From: Octopus vulgaris
Taxonomy: Eukaryota
NCBI GenBank assembly: GCA_951406725.2
Contig: OX597822.1
Span: 87,048,001 to 87,112,000, forward strand
DNA length: 64,000 nt
Direction of reading: 5' to 3'
Under the pieces are notes generated by a model, which did no database searches, was not told the origin of the DNA, and was given only the letters and a program-made list of their open reading frames with translations. A program made the translations under genes and the position numbers. Shown in pieces: positions 62,431 through 64,000 of this stretch. Numbering within the stretch: the first letter of the stretch is position 1; each line of letters starts with the position of its first letter.

Positions 62431-64000
62431 CTGAAGTTATAGTGAAAGTTGATCTAAATCAACAAAATAGTTCTGAATGAGAATGGCTTTTCTTGAAGTT
62501 ATTATCTGAAATAATAATAATAATAAATTCATTAAAAAAAGTTTGTTGTTTTAATAAATAAATTGAGCTTTTTTTTTTCTTTTTGTATATCTTATAATTC
62601 ATTTCTAGCCTAGATTGACAAGTATTTCCTCTGCTCCTCTCTCTCTGACAAGGAAACCTGCCATATTTGACAGTGAATGGCATTCAGGTTGAAATTAAGC
62701 AGACAGTAGACAAATAAAACAGACACTAACTACAATCAAGCCTGCTTTTCTAAGACCAACTGTCAACCAGGTTTGGCTACAAAAAACAATAAAAACTGTC
62801 CTACTGTCAACATAGAAAACCAGCAGCAAGTCCTTGCATGCTGAAGTAATTCGTTATGTTAAATATACCCTCTGCACCCATCCTACTCACCTAGCATCAC
62901 CTCCCCACAAATTTTAGTTTTCCTAAGAAGTCAGTTATACAGCTGGTGGGGGAAATTATGGAAAACTGGTTTTACTACTACTACTACTGCTGCTGATGGT
63001 CAGAGGGTTGGCTTCTATCCTGGTGAAATGTTTTAGGAATTAAACTTGGATACAAGAAGAAGCTACAACAATAAAGAGTTCAATACTGAGCCAAGGTGAC
63101 AGGACTGAGTAGCGAGTACTCATTAAATGCCTTGAGTCAGGGGCAGCCATTTTCCTTTTGATGGAATCTGGTGTGTAGAATATTGTAAGCCCATTGTATT
63201 TAAGATAGAAGTGTTCACACAAAGATTGCTAGTTCAAATACAATTTACAGTTTTTATTTTAATTTATTCATTTAAGTCTCTAGATATATGTCCTATGAAC
63301 AGTTTAGAAAATGTAAAGGGTATTTCTTATAAACAGAAATCATAAAGAATAAATCATAAAAAAAAAACATGACTGTTTTTCCTTCTGTAAGTGATGTACG
63401 GAGAAATCATATGATCTTAAAACTGCTAGAAACAGAAATTCAATTGTCTTCTATCTTACCCTACTGGCATAAGAAGAGGAAGGTGACATTGGATAATGTA
63501 GTCCTACATAATGTGAAATGGTCATGGCTAGATTGACTTTTGACTGACTTGGAGTTAAATAACAACTGGTGTTATTTAAGCTATTTAAGATTTAATCTAT
63601 TTGAAAATAACTGGATGGAACGATATGACTCTGAGTTTGTGCGTGTGTGTGTATACATAATACTTCAACTGATTAACGATATAACCCATACCGAAGTAGA
63701 GAGAAAATTCATATCCATACTTCAATGTGCATGCTTGTGTGTTAGAAGATGGCAAGCTTTATATACTGCAAATGATAATCAAGATTACCAATAAGAAATC
63801 AAAAAATAAAAACCAGTCTCAAAAGAGCAAGTCCATAGTATAAAACCATTCAATATAAACAGAATTTACTTTTATATTTAGACCTCAGTAATTACTCCCA
63901 CTCTTCTTCCTCCTCATATCCTCTCTCCCTCAACTAAATAATTCATTCTTTTTTAAAAATTTTAAATATTGTTTGCCTAATTTTTTTCTCAGTAGTGCAG

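Noticed and set aside
63970-64000. Possible branch point and acceptor (ctaatttttttctcag) at the window end
   Set aside because: The first AG is followed by an in-frame TAG for the required phase 0, and downstream sequence is unavailable to test alternatives.

Overview
AT-rich, repeat-dense animal genomic DNA. The SINE/LINE repertoire and microsatellite load suggest an octopus (coleoid cephalopod); this is inference only. Almost the whole window is intronic sequence of one + strand gene. Three internal exons (2260-2450, 31140-31286, 54053-54351) splice in phase across introns of about 28.7 kb and 22.8 kb. They encode the end of a WSC-like domain followed by PKD (Ig-like) domains, i.e. a polycystin-1-family/PKD-domain surface protein. 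The introns hold decayed and nested mobile elements: two tRNA-headed SINE families, many RTE 3' ends, R4/Dong, CR1, CRE-like, Penelope-like, Ty3/Gypsy, maT/Tc1-mariner, hAT and a piggyBac-like MITE. The most interesting object is a young non-coding element at 60131-61032. It is built from a 360-bp unit in tandem plus inverted arrangement, inserted into a (TA)n tract inside a SINE. Each full unit carries a type I hammerhead ribozyme fold with a non-canonical CUGACAA core atop a long rod, making it a retrozyme/Penelope-pLTR-like element. Three further, sequence-distinct hammerhead-like motifs occur at about 41.9, 42.35 and 62.15 kb. Most ORFs in the supplied track are microsatellite or repeat artefacts.
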